Below are positions 1 to 8,658 of a stretch of DNA of 32,000 bases, one piece after another. Position numbers and translations under genes: made by a program. Below the pieces are notes generated by a model, which ran no database searches, was not told where the DNA came from, and saw only the letters and a program-made list of their open reading frames with translations. The stretch lies in the NCBI GenBank assembly GCA_046046915.1, contig JBJOIT010000003.1, positions 1-32,000 of the forward strand, given 5' to 3'. The DNA comes from Pseudomonadota bacterium. GTDB lineage: Bacteria > Pseudomonadota > Gammaproteobacteria > Burkholderiales > Burkholderiaceae_C. Every line of letters starts with the position of its first letter. The first letter of the stretch is position 1.

Positions 1-450
1 CGCTAACACCAGGGTGAGTATCACGGCCCCCACCGCACCTGCAAAGGCGGCGCCGGTCAAGCCCAGCTGAGCCCACCACAGGCCAGCCACCGGTAGGCCA
101 CCCAACCAGACCAGGGCTAGGCCCACGCCCAGGGATGCACCGGAGGCACTGCCCAGCAAGTAGGGGTCTGCAAGCGGGTTGCGAAACAGGCCCTGTGCCA
201 TGGCGCCCGCCAGCCCCAGCAGAGCGCCAGCCAGCCAGCCTCCCATAGCCCTTGGGAGCCGTATGTCCCACACAATCTGCCAGGCGACAGGGTCGTACTG
301 AGCCAGCCAAAGGCTGGCCCAACCGGTGCTGCCCACGCTACACGCCATGCCCATCAGCAGCATCGACACTAACAAGAGTACGCCTCCCATCCGCCAAACA
401 CGTTGGCGGTGGGATATGTACGTCTCAGGCAGTGGGCCGAGCCGGTTCAT
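1..450 (-). CDS. FecCD/BtuC-family ABC transporter permease, N-terminal part (gene runs off the left edge)
   Basis: Open minus-strand frame from ATG (448-450) to the window edge. My hand translation is MNRLGPLPETYISHRQRVWRMGGVLLLVSMLLMGMACSVGSTGWASLWLAQYDPVAWQIVWDIRLPRAMG..., a typical FecCD permease N-terminus. ATGA start/stop overlap with the upstream binding-protein gene at 447-450. Confidence 0.8.
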   Translation of the reverse strand, partial: MNRLGPLPETYISHRQRVWRMGGVLLLVSMLLMGMACSVGSTGWASLWLAQYDPVAWQIVWDIRLPRAMGGWLAGALLGLAGAMAQGLFRNPLADPYLLGSASGASLGVGLALVWLGGLPVAGLWWAQLGLTGAAFAGAVGAVILTLVLA

Positions 451-1328
451 GGTGCCTTTTCTTGCAAACACTGGGCCAGAATTAGGGCAGCCTCGGCCAT
501 GCGAGGGCCGGGACGCACCATCAGATCTGACTGCTCGGGCGTGAACACGCAAACCCGCCCAGAGGTCAACGCGCGTAGCCGGGACCAACCGGGCCGCGCC
601 GCCATGGCAGAAAACGTGCTGTCGCTGACCATGATCACATCAGGGTCGGCACTCACCACCATTTCTGGGTTGATTTTGGGAAAGGCGCCCAGCTTGGCCG
701 GCACAATGTTCTGCACACCCAGCAGAGCCAGAGTCTCGCCAATAAATGAGCTTTCTCCTGCGGCATAGGGTGCTGCATTGACCTCAAAGTAGACCCGTGT
801 TTTGGCTGGTTTCGGCGCCAACAAGCGAGAGGCATTGCGCAAGCCAGACTCAATGCCGCGCCAGGACGCTTGGGCGTCCGCCAATCCAAAGAGTTGGCCC
901 AGCGTGCTCAGGGTGCTGCGCACATCAGCATGATTTTTGGGCTCCAGCGTCACCACTTTCACGCCCAGGGCACGCAAGCGCGCTGCTGCCGCTGCAGACG
1001 AACCCGCCATCAGCACCAGGTCTGGCTTGAGGGCCACCATCGCCTCGATATTGGGGTCCAGACCGCCCCCAAGACGTGGGAGCAGGCGCACCTGGGCAGG
1101 GTAATTGGAGTAGCGATCGACCCCTACCAGCCGGTCACACTGATCCAGGGCGCACACCATTTCCGTGAGGGAGGGCAGCAGGCTGATGACTCGTTGGGGA
1201 ACTGGGTCCGTTTTACCGGCCCCCTGCGCCGTCAACGCGCAGAGCCATGCAGCAAGAAACACGACCATCCGCAAGCCCGCGACCATCGGCATCAGCCGCT
1301 TGTTTTGATCGGCCGTCGCCTCAGCCAT
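447..1328 (-). CDS. Periplasmic substrate-binding protein, cobalamin/iron-siderophore (BtuF-like) family
   Basis: 293-aa ORF with a signal-like N-terminus (MVVFLAAWLCALTAQGAG) and the class III SBP motif VISLLPSLTEMVCALDQCDRLVGVDRYSNYP. Lies in an operon with a FecCD permease and a TonB receptor behind a B12 riboswitch. Start overlaps the upstream stop (ATGGCTGA). Confidence 0.8.
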   Translation of the reverse strand: MAEATADQNKRLMPMVAGLRMVVFLAAWLCALTAQGAGKTDPVPQRVISLLPSLTEMVCALDQCDRLVGVDRYSNYPAQVRLLPRLGGGLDPNIEAMVALKPDLVLMAGSSAAAAARLRALGVKVVTLEPKNHADVRSTLSTLGQLFGLADAQASWRGIESGLRNASRLLAPKPAKTRVYFEVNAAPYAAGESSFIGETLALLGVQNIVPAKLGAFPKINPEMVVSADPDVIMVSDSTFSAMAARPGWSRLRALTSGRVCVFTPEQSDLMVRPGPRMAEAALILAQCLQEKAP

Positions 1329-2121
1329 GGCAAGCCGCCCAGTCCATCACGATGCGATGCAGTTGATCCACACCATCTGTCAGCGCGGCCGGTCCGGGTT
1401 GAAGAATGTCCACTGACTTGATTTCAAAAAGTTGCCCGTTTTTGACGGCACTCACATCCTGCCAGCCCGCACGGGCTGCCACCTTTTCGGGGCGGAACTT
1501 TTTGCCACACCAGGAACCAATGATGATGTCCGGGTTACGGCTGACGATCTCAGCAGGGTCGCCAATGATGCGGTTTTTGCCCAGACTTTGCTGCGCCAGC
1601 TCTGGAAAACAATCATCCCCACCCGCTATGCCGATCAGCTCGGACACCCAGCGGATGGCGCTGATGTGGGGCTCATCCCACTCCTCGAAGTAGACCCGTG
1701 GACGGCGTGGCAAGGCACAGGCCGCAAGCGTGATGGCCGCGATGCGCTCTCGAAAGCCCTGAATCAAGGCCAATCCCCGCTCGCCCTGTCCCACCATCGC
1801 CGCGACCTGAAAAAGCATGGCGTAAATCTCGTCCACGCTACGCTGGTTAAACACCGTGACCTGCACACCATGACGAATCAGCGCTGCCGCGATGTCGGCC
1901 TGCATGTCAGAAAACCCCAACACGCAGTCTGGCTGCAGCGCCAAAATTTTGTCGATCTTGGCACTGGTAAACGCACTCACCCGGGGCTTTTCAGCCCGCA
2001 CTCGCGCAGGCCTGACCGTGTAGCCCGACACCCCCACGATGCGCCAGTCCTCCCCCAGCAAGTACAACCACTCGGTGGTCTCCTCGGTGAGGCAGACGAT
2101 GCGGCGGGGGGAGAGGTTCAT
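1321..2121 (-). CDS. Cobalamin-binding-protein-like SBP-fold protein without a recognisable signal peptide
   Basis: 266-aa ORF. RIVCLTEETTEWLYLLGEDWRIVGVSGY resembles the BtuF-like fold, but the N-terminus MNLSPRRIV has no hydrophobic leader. Second binding-protein paralog in the same operon. Confidence 0.7.
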   Translation of the reverse strand: MNLSPRRIVCLTEETTEWLYLLGEDWRIVGVSGYTVRPARVRAEKPRVSAFTSAKIDKILALQPDCVLGFSDMQADIAAALIRHGVQVTVFNQRSVDEIYAMLFQVAAMVGQGERGLALIQGFRERIAAITLAACALPRRPRVYFEEWDEPHISAIRWVSELIGIAGGDDCFPELAQQSLGKNRIIGDPAEIVSRNPDIIIGSWCGKKFRPEKVAARAGWQDVSAVKNGQLFEIKSVDILQPGPAALTDGVDQLHRIVMDWAACHG

Positions 2122-2137
2122 TTAGTGACCAACGGGT

Positions 2138-4111
2138 TTATCGAAAACGATAAGAGGCATTCACTTTCATGCGCCGACCAGGATCAGGGTAGACGTTGTA
2201 AGCGCTGCAGGAGTTATTGGTGTACCCAGCAGAGTAAGTGTTTTTATCGAGCAGGTTGTCAACGCCGAGGAAAAAGGCCCAACCAGCATCGCCACCTGCT
2301 TGAACACGGTAGCCAACATCCCAGAAATTTGCAGACGGGATTTTTCTTGCACACTGGTTTGTCCAATCGTTACCAAACGATGCGGCGCCCACGGTACGGA
2401 ATGTCAAATCCAAGGTGCTCGCAGCAGTTACCGCGTAAGTAGCTCTGGCCAATGCGCTGCCGTTGATAGCAAGTGGAAGCGAGTTGCCTATGTAGACACC
2501 ATCATTAAGCGTCGCGTCCACTGTCTGAATGGTTGAGCGGATCTTGAGCCGATTTGTGAGCTCCGTGGCCGCCTCTAAACCTGCACCAACCCGACGCACT
2601 GGATCTAAATTGATATTGCTGGGATAGGGACTACCTATGACACTTGCGAAAGCGATCTCATTTGTTGTCCGTTGTTGAAAAACACGACCACTGATCAGGG
2701 TGCTGCCGTTTCGATAACGCGCCCCGATCTCAGCATCACGAGCTTCCTGTGGTTTCAGCGGCGCGACTAGGTAGCGCAGCTCATCGGTATTTGCTACCCG
2801 GTAGCTAGTAGCAACCCGCGCGTGTGCAGACCAATTTGCCGACAAAACACGACTCAGTCCAAGCTCTACCGCACTTAGTGTGGGCTTGTCGTCCAGTAGT
2901 GAGCCAACACGATCTAAAGACCGATCAAAGTGCTCGGTGCGAAAGCCAGCCTCAAACCGCCAATTCGATGCCAAGGATAGATCTGTATGAGCGTAACCAG
3001 CAAGACTGGTCTGACGGCCATTTTCCAAGGAAGAACCATAAGGCGTGGTGTCGTCACGAAAGTAGCCCCATTGGTTCCAATCGAGACCGATTACAGTATT
3101 CAGCAACGCAGTGCCCCAATCGCTCATCCAAGATAACCGTGGAGAAATTTGGTCCGCTTCACTATGGGTCTGCACAGTCTGGATGTATCCCCCGCCCCAA
3201 TCCTGGTAACTGGATGTTGCCCGTCGCTTGCGTGCCAAATCTATGCTCAATAACGCTGCGCCGAGTTGTCTTTCAATTGACAACGTCATTCGCTGCTGAG
3301 TCTGTCGCCCATAGTCGTCAGGCGTATTTGACTGACGTGGAGATATTTCGAAAGTAGCCACTGGGAGCGCGCCTGGCCAACGCATATCAAGTTTGTCTGC
3401 AAATACCGATATTCTGGTGCGCAGTGTTCGCTTATCACCAAACACTAGACTCATGTTTAGTAAATCATTGTCATTTCGACTATTCTGACGATAGCCATTA
3501 GTCGAATAACGACGGGCCTGCGCAGAGAACGCTAACAGCTCGTTACTCAGATTGACATCTGCTCGAGCATCTCGGCCGCCGTCACTCTCTAGCCCTAAGA
3601 CCATAGAACCGCTAGCATTTGATGACACTGCGCCGGATTTAGTGAATACATAGATAACGCCACCACTGGCACCCTCTCCCCACAAAACAGCTGCGCCACC
3701 ACGAATGATCTCGATTCGATCAATCATTTCAGGTGAGATGGCTGACAAACGCGCAGACGCCAGTTCATTTTCCGAAATCCGAATTCCATCAACGACGACG
3801 ACAACGTTGTTCGGGGCCGCATCGCCGTAACCATACAAGTCAATAACCGCCTCGCGCCCCCCATTAAGATCCCGTCGCCCAGCAATGCCAGCAATTAGAC
3901 GCACAGCCTCATTGGCATCGGTGGCCCCAGTCCGAAGAATTTCATCACCCAAAATAACAGCAGCTCCGAGCGGGGCGGTCTCCAGCGTTTGCTCCACACG
4001 ACTCCCTGTAACAAACACTTCACTCAAACGAGGGTCAGCCGATACAGGAAATGCAATAAGCACAGCCAAAGAAAGCGCCGCCAAGCGCGCAGGTGAAACA
4101 CGATTTTTCAT
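2138..4111 (-). CDS. TonB-dependent outer-membrane receptor, probably cobalamin (BtuB-like)
   Basis: ORF track frame 2138..4357, with the start trimmed to ATG at 4109-4111, which gives the signal peptide MKNRVSPARLAALSLAVLIAFPVSA. Plug domain (EVFVTGSRVEQTLETAP, IDRIEIIRGGAAVLWGEGASGGVIYVFTK) and a long beta-barrel. Sits directly behind a cobalamin riboswitch. The C-terminus reads ...NASYRFR, one residue past the usual terminal aromatic. Confidence 0.85.
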   Translation of the reverse strand: MKNRVSPARLAALSLAVLIAFPVSADPRLSEVFVTGSRVEQTLETAPLGAAVILGDEILRTGATDANEAVRLIAGIAGRRDLNGGREAVIDLYGYGDAAPNNVVVVVDGIRISENELASARLSAISPEMIDRIEIIRGGAAVLWGEGASGGVIYVFTKSGAVSSNASGSMVLGLESDGGRDARADVNLSNELLAFSAQARRYSTNGYRQNSRNDNDLLNMSLVFGDKRTLRTRISVFADKLDMRWPGALPVATFEISPRQSNTPDDYGRQTQQRMTLSIERQLGAALLSIDLARKRRATSSYQDWGGGYIQTVQTHSEADQISPRLSWMSDWGTALLNTVIGLDWNQWGYFRDDTTPYGSSLENGRQTSLAGYAHTDLSLASNWRFEAGFRTEHFDRSLDRVGSLLDDKPTLSAVELGLSRVLSANWSAHARVATSYRVANTDELRYLVAPLKPQEARDAEIGARYRNGSTLISGRVFQQRTTNEIAFASVIGSPYPSNINLDPVRRVGAGLEAATELTNRLKIRSTIQTVDATLNDGVYIGNSLPLAINGSALARATYAVTAASTLDLTFRTVGAASFGNDWTNQCARKIPSANFWDVGYRVQAGGDAGWAFFLGVDNLLDKNTYSAGYTNNSCSAYNVYPDPGRRMKVNASYRFR

Positions 4112-4199
4112 GGAAATAACATTCAACAAATGCCCGCGCCGGGTTCCCCGCCAGCACATGGACGTCACGGCCACTGCGTCTTGTGCAAACGCGAGCGAC

Positions 4200-4405
4200 C
4201 ACCTTGTTGGCCGGTATCCGGGCTGGCAGAACCACTCCCAAAGCCTTCCCAGACGCTTGTTCGGCGCGCCCAGTGACTGTGTGATGAGAGTTGAGCCTTG
4301 CGACTCGTCTGCTTGACCGTTGCGGGGGCAGCGCAGGTTTGAATGGCGATGAACCACCCTTCCTGCTTCCCGTTGAACTGCGCCATGTGAACCATGTCGC
4401 GAGCA
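4200..4405 (-). promoter_or_regulatory. Cobalamin (B12) riboswitch in the leader of the TonB receptor operon
   Basis: Minus-strand sequence contains the conserved core AACGGGAAGCAGG..GGGUGG..AAACCUGCGCUGCCCCCGCAACGGU, then GUCACUGGG...UGGGAAGGC and the B12-box-like GCCAGCCCGGAUACCGGCC. Order and spacing match my recollection of the E. coli btuB leader. Boundaries are approximate. Confidence 0.85.
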
Positions 4406-4462
4406 CCAACAGGCCGGATTTTACGGGGCACAAGCTGTCGCAAACCCTACAATGACCCACCT

Positions 4463-4720
4463 ATGTCGAACACGTCCCCCTCCGACCCCCTGCAACTCGT
4501 CGCGGAACGGGTTGAGCGACTTTTGCTGCGCCACGAGGAACTGCAACGGACCAACACACTGTTGGCTGCGCAGGTCGAAACGCTGACACGCGAGTGCGAC
4601 TCCCTCAAATCTCGTCTCGGTGCTGCGCGCGCCCGGGTTGACGCGCTGCTTGAGCGCCTGCCGGCCTCGACCACCGCCCCGGCGCCTCTGACGGCCAGCG
4701 CCCACCACCTGAAGTCATGA
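4463..4720 (+). CDS. ZapB-like coiled-coil protein preceding zapA
   Basis: Internal ATG of track ORF 4394..4720 chosen so the CDS does not overlap the riboswitch. The 85-aa product (ERVERLLLRHEELQRTNTLLAAQVETLTRECDSLKSRL) is a heptad coiled coil. ATGA overlap with zapA at 4717-4720. Confidence 0.6.
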   Translation: MSNTSPSDPLQLVAERVERLLLRHEELQRTNTLLAAQVETLTRECDSLKSRLGAARARVDALLERLPASTTAPAPLTASAHHLKS

Positions 4721-5079
4721 AACAGATCGAAGTCCAAATCATGGGCCAGAGCTATTTGCTAGGCTGTCCTGAGGGTGGAGAAACCCAGCTGCAGGCTGCA
4801 GTGGAGCGCGTAGATGCAGCCATGTGCAAGATCCGTGACGGTGGCAAGGTGCGGGCGCGTGACCGGATTGCTGTGCTGGCGGCCCTGAACCTGGCGTTTG
4901 ACCTGGCAGAGTTGCCCTTGGCGGCGGGCCATCAGGCTGCAGCCCAAGCGGCACCTAGCCAGTCGACGGCTGCAGACCCGGGCTCGGCAGGTTCATATAC
5001 AGGTGCCGATCAGGCTAAGCTGAACTCGCTTTTGGCCCGGTTGGATGCCGCCCTTTCCGACGATGGCCGCTTGCTCTGA
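4717..5079 (+). CDS. zapA: Cell division protein ZapA
   Basis: 120 aa. MKQIEVQIMGQSYLLGCPEGGETQLQAAVERVDAAMCKIRD...RIAVLAALNLAFDLAE matches the ZapA family pattern. Followed by 6S RNA, as in many proteobacteria. Confidence 0.8.
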   Translation: MKQIEVQIMGQSYLLGCPEGGETQLQAAVERVDAAMCKIRDGGKVRARDRIAVLAALNLAFDLAELPLAAGHQAAAQAAPSQSTAADPGSAGSYTGADQAKLNSLLARLDAALSDDGRLL

Positions 5080-5130
5080 GCCTTGACGTTTTCGTCTTGG
5101 TAGGCTGAAGGTGGCACTACAATCTTCATC

Positions 5131-5302
5131 GTCTGCGGTGCTCACTGGACTTTATATTTCCTTGAACCAATGCTCTTTGAGCTCGGGCTTGGAACATCGC
5201 CTGGCTGGTGTGATCATCTCGCGTCAGATGAACCCGAAGCCAACGCTGACCTCGCCCACCTGAACCCCGGTTCAGGATGACGGTCTGGTGGCATTCGCAG
5301 AC
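5131..5302 (+). ncRNA. ssrS: 6S RNA (SsrS)
   Basis: Located immediately downstream of zapA. A long closing stem pairs 5131-5150 (GUCUGCGGUGCUCACUGGAC) with 5283-5302 (GUCUGGUGGCAUUCGCAGAC). The 3' bubble hairpin CACCUGAACCCCGGUUCAGGAUGAC parallels E. coli 6S CACCUUGAACCAAGGGUUCAAGGGUUAC (from memory), and the 5' side has UAUAUUUC. TACAAT -10 box at 5118-5123. Ends are +/-5 nt. Confidence 0.8.
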
Positions 5303-5329
5303 AACTCCCAACCACCCACACAAAAAAAT

Positions 5330-6142
5330 ATGACCCTCGAACCCGGTTTGGTGGTTGGATTGGCGGCACTCGGCCTTGGCACCGGCTTTCTGGCGGGCCT
5401 GCTCGGCATCGGCGGCGGCATGCTCATGGTGCCCTTTGTGACCTTCATCATGACGCAGCGAGGCCTGCCCGCAGACTTGGCGGTGAAGATGGCGATTGCC
5501 ACCTCGATGGCCACCATCATGTTTACCTCCATCTCCAGCGTGCGTGCCCACCACCGACGCGGCGCGGTTCGCTGGGATATCGCTCGTCGACTCGCCCCCG
5601 GCATTGTGCTTGGTAGCGCCATCGCAAGCCTAGGAGTGTTTGCTGTTGTCAAAGGCTCCACCCTCGCCATCTTCTTTGGTTTGTTTGTAAGCTTTTCCGC
5701 CACGCAGATGTTTTTGGATCGCAAGCCCGCACCCGGACGACAAATGCCCGGCACCCTGGGTCAGTTAGGCGCCGGATCGGTGATTGGCTTCATGTCTGGA
5801 CTGGTGGGTGCCGGCGGCGGATTTGTTAGCGTGCCGTTCATGACCTGGTGCAACGTTGCAATTCATAACGCCGTGGCCACCAGCGCAGCGCTGGGATTTC
5901 CGATCGCGGTAGCCAATGTACTGGGCTATGTGATCAGTGGTCAGTCGGTTCAAGACTTGCCCCCTCTCTCGCTGGGCTACGTTTGGCTACCCGCACTGCT
6001 GGTGATCGCCATCTGCAGCGTTTTGACCGCACCACTGGGCGCCAAGGCAGCGCACAAACTCCCCGTCAAGAAGCTCAAACGCATCTTTGCCATGACCCTG
6101 TACGCCCTAGCGGCTTATATGCTTTGGAAGGGTATGGCCTGA
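5330..6142 (+). CDS. TauE/SafE-family (sulfite exporter-like) membrane protein
   Basis: Track ORF 5288..6142 trimmed to ATG 5330 to clear the 6S RNA. Polytopic membrane protein with duplicated G-rich helices (GFLAGLLGIGGGMLMVP and GFMSGLVGAGGGFVSVP), characteristic of the family. Confidence 0.75.
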   Translation: MTLEPGLVVGLAALGLGTGFLAGLLGIGGGMLMVPFVTFIMTQRGLPADLAVKMAIATSMATIMFTSISSVRAHHRRGAVRWDIARRLAPGIVLGSAIASLGVFAVVKGSTLAIFFGLFVSFSATQMFLDRKPAPGRQMPGTLGQLGAGSVIGFMSGLVGAGGGFVSVPFMTWCNVAIHNAVATSAALGFPIAVANVLGYVISGQSVQDLPPLSLGYVWLPALLVIAICSVLTAPLGAKAAHKLPVKKLKRIFAMTLYALAAYMLWKGMA

Positions 6143-6285
6143 CATTGGTACCCCTGCCTGATTTGCAGGCACCGGCTCCGCAGCCAACAAGATCGCGGGT
6201 TCCGAGGCTTGTTCATGGACTTATCCACAGAGTGGGGCACAGCAGGCGGGGGTAAGTTTTTTTGATCTGTACACGAGGCACCCAC

Positions 6286-6627
6286 ATGAGTACCCTACCC
6301 GCCTGCCCCCTTTGCAAATCCGAGTTCACCTACCAAGACGGCGATCTACTCATCTGCCCGGAATGTGCCCACGAATGGAGTGAGTCTGACCCCACCGCCA
6401 TGGCGCCCGAGCAAAGAGTCTGGAAGGATGCCCATGGCAATTCACTTCAGGACGGCGACACCGTGACCCTGATCAAGGACCTGAAGATCAAAGGCTCGTC
6501 ATCCGTTGTGAAGGTGGGCACCAAGGTCAAAAATATCCGTCTGATCGACGGTGACCACGACATTGACTGCAAGATCGATGGCTTTGGCGCCATGCAACTC
6601 AAATCCGAATACGTCAAAAAGGCCTGA
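6286..6627 (+). CDS. yjdM: Zinc-ribbon protein YjdM/PhnA
   Basis: [31 protein letters not shown] (CxxC...CxxC) followed by the conserved C-terminal domain ...[49 protein letters not shown]. Confidence 0.85.
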   Translation: MSTLPACPLCKSEFTYQDGDLLICPECAHEWSESDPTAMAPEQRVWKDAHGNSLQDGDTVTLIKDLKIKGSSSVVKVGTKVKNIRLIDGDHDIDCKIDGFGAMQLKSEYVKKA

Positions 6628-6770
6628 TGCCAATCAAACAGCGGTCTGCTTAAGCACCCTTCAGCAAATCATCAGCGCCAGCCAAGCCGGATCGTCCAGC
6701 AGGTTCCCCTGGACGAAATTGGATATCCGATAAGCCCAGTAGTGGATGGAAATCCACAACTCTCCCAGCC

Positions 6771-7145
6771 TCATTCGTGGCTTTGGCTCAATGCCTTGAG
6801 TTCGCCAGAGGCCAGTAAACCCTTGAGGTCTTTGTTGCCTCCCAGTAGTACGCCATCAGCAAACACCATCGGGAATGTGGGCCATCCTGTCCACATCTTC
6901 AGGGCATTGCGACGGCGCCACTGGCTGAAGTAGCTGCCGTATTCAAGGTAGTGATGCTCGATGCCCGCCAATCGCAGACTTTTGCGGGCGCTGCTGACTT
7001 CCGGGTTTTGCGCCATACCGACCACCACAACACGATGTTGGGCAATGGCTGTTTGCACCTCTTGGACGATGTCTTGATGGTGCCGAGCGACCGTCTCACG
7101 AATCAGGGTATGAAGTTTGGATTCGTCAAGAATGGAACGTGGCAT
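6771..7145 (-). CDS. Glutaredoxin-fold (monothiol-Grx-like) protein lacking the active-site cysteine
   Basis: RVVVVGMAQNPEVSSARKSL...WTGWPTFPMVFADGVLLGGNKDLKGLLASGELKAL aligns by eye to the Grx4 pattern (VVLFMKG..P.CGFS...WPT.PQ.F..GE.iGG.D....GEL). EVSS stands in place of CGFS and there is no Cys in the protein. ATG at 7145 is preferred (AAGGTG 8 nt upstream). Confidence 0.6.
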   Translation of the reverse strand: MPRSILDESKLHTLIRETVARHHQDIVQEVQTAIAQHRVVVVGMAQNPEVSSARKSLRLAGIEHHYLEYGSYFSQWRRRNALKMWTGWPTFPMVFADGVLLGGNKDLKGLLASGELKALSQSHE

Positions 7146-7174
7146 GTTGAGCACCTTAATTCGTTAGTCGGAGC

Positions 7175-7213
7175 AGAAAACAAAAAAGCCCGTAGCTGAT
7201 TGAACTACGGGCT
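7175..7213 (-). terminator. Rho-independent terminator (original terminator of the tRNA-Lys gene, now behind the displaced 3' fragment)
   Basis: Stem AGCCCGTAG (7187-7195) pairs with CTACGGGCT (7205-7213), with a 9-nt loop. On the minus strand it is followed by UUUUUUGUUUU (A-tract 7177-7187 on plus). Confidence 0.75.
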
Positions 7214-7218
7214 TATGT

Positions 7219-7264
7219 TGGTGGGTTCTGACAGGCTCGAACTGTCGACCTACGGATTAAGAGT
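7219..7264 (-). repeat. attL: displaced 3' 46 nt of tRNA-Lys(CUU), direct repeat of 14509-14554
   Basis: TGGTGGGTTCTGACAGGCTCGAACTGTCGACCTACGGATTAAGAGT is identical at both positions by direct comparison. Flanks diverge immediately (7218 t vs 14508 c; 7265 g vs 14555 c). Confidence 0.95.
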
Positions 7265-7507
7265 GTACAACTCGGCTCTACATCCTTGCGGATTTCAACA
7301 ACATACAGCGTGACAAAAAAGTGGTGTGCGATTTTTTGCACTGTATTTAACGCTGAAGAATTTCGTACCGTGTTGCAAAGTTCAATCATATTATCTTCCA
7401 ACTTAATGTCGTTTCAAACGTCAACGCCAAACAACTATTTGCGCTATGCCGCACCTTGCCGTTGAGGCTGCAATCTACGCAACACTACGCTGCGTCAAAA
7501 AGCGCAT

Positions 7508-7945
7508 TTAACCCACATTTTTCGCATTTTTACTGGCAAACTTGGTGGGGCGCTTCTGCTCAACCGCATTGCTTGTATCTAATGCATTTGCAGTTTCGTC
7601 ACCTTGTCCATCGTCTGCATCTACAACAGCGTATGCAGCATCGGATTTAGCCTTTGCATTTGATGCACTACTGACAGCAGATGCAGGCTGATTTGATGCT
7701 GCTAACGCTGCAGTTGAATTTGCAATTGCTGGTGTAGGGAACGGCGGTACTTCTACGGGGCTGAATGCACTTGCTGTGCGCTTGGATTTTCGGCTACTGC
7801 GATTTGCTGCAGCAGCACGCCGAGCAGCAGCCTTACGTTCGTTCTCTTCGCGCTGCAACTTCTGCAACGCAGACCACACGCTGTCATTAATCAGCTTGTA
7901 GAGTTCCAGCGTATCTGCGGCACTGGCTATCTCATTCATCAACAT
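7508..7945 (-). CDS. Hypothetical protein (helical N-terminus, Ala/Ser-rich low-complexity C-half)
   Basis: Track ORF 7508..7987, with the start placed at ATG 7945 behind AAGGAAGGA. No domain recognised. Confidence 0.5.
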   Translation of the reverse strand: MLMNEIASAADTLELYKLINDSVWSALQKLQREENERKAAARRAAAANRSSRKSKRTASAFSPVEVPPFPTPAIANSTAALAASNQPASAVSSASNAKAKSDAAYAVVDADDGQGDETANALDTSNAVEQKRPTKFASKNAKNVG

Positions 7946-8059
7946 ATTATTTTTATCCTTCCTTTTACTTCGCCAAGTCGGTGCCATCTAAAGATGCCAC
8001 CGAAATGATCTCCACAAGTGCCATCCACCTTCAGTGAATGACCTTTTGTTTTACGGCAG

Positions 8060-8497
8060 TCACTTGCGAAAGCCGTCACGCAGTTTGACGCTGGCAGTCT
8101 CAATCTGTGTGTCCAGCTCGCCAGCTGCAACGGCATTGCGTACAAGCATCAGCGCATCGCTTACATCTTGCAGCGTTGCACATTCCACAGCGTTTGACTT
8201 TGCACTCAACGCAATGGTTTTGCTACCGTACTTGATGCTCAACGCCAACTTGCCGTTGTCCAACTGCCACCACCACGCCCGCACACGCTTGGGCACTTCT
8301 ACGCTGACACGCAGCCCGTGCTCGTTAGTCACAGTGCGTTGGCGCTTCTGTGTAAATGCTTCGCCGTTCAGCGCCGCAGTCGCCAGCGCAATTTGCTCTG
8401 CAATCTTCTTCAACAGCTTGGTGCGTCTTTGTTGCGTGGGATTGGCAGCTGTTGTTGGCTTGGCTGCAATCAACTTCAATGCTGCAAGTGCTGTCAT
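8060..8497 (-). CDS. Conserved hypothetical protein of mobile elements (possibly DUF6641-like, from memory only)
   Basis: Track ORF 8060..8527, with the start at ATG 8497 behind GGAG. MTALAALKLIAAKPTT...VEVPKRVRAWWWQLDNGKLALSIKYGSKTIAL...AVAAGELDTQIETASVKLRDGFRK resembles proteins I recall from Pseudomonas/Burkholderia islands. Not verifiable here. Confidence 0.55.
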   Translation of the reverse strand: MTALAALKLIAAKPTTAANPTQQRRTKLLKKIAEQIALATAALNGEAFTQKRQRTVTNEHGLRVSVEVPKRVRAWWWQLDNGKLALSIKYGSKTIALSAKSNAVECATLQDVSDALMLVRNAVAAGELDTQIETASVKLRDGFRK

Positions 8498-8658
8498 TTC
8501 AAACTCCGTTTTATGAACATACAGCAACTGTAGTTTCGGTCTTTTGGTCAGAGCAACCGAAATTAATTGGCTGTGTCAATGTGCCACAGACCTACCAACA
8601 GCACATAACAAACAGCCAGTTTCTGCACACTTTTATTTAGTCATTGCTAAATAACTGT

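Noticed and set aside
1432-2442. 336-aa plus-strand ORF
   Set aside because: It lies antisense to the well-supported binding-protein and TonB receptor genes. Its Arg/Gly/His/Pro-rich composition is typical of shadow frames in high-GC DNA.
4112-4357. N-terminal 82-aa extension of the TonB receptor ORF
   Set aside because: The extension overlaps the cobalamin riboswitch. The signal peptide begins at the internal ATG 4111.
4394-4462. Upstream extension of the zapB-like ORF
   Set aside because: It would overlap the divergent riboswitch and promoter region. The internal ATG 4463 gives a compact coiled-coil protein.
5126-5754. Minus-strand ORFs of 142 and 160 aa
   Set aside because: They lie antisense to the 6S RNA and the TauE-family gene. 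They are His/Arg/Gly-rich with no RBS.
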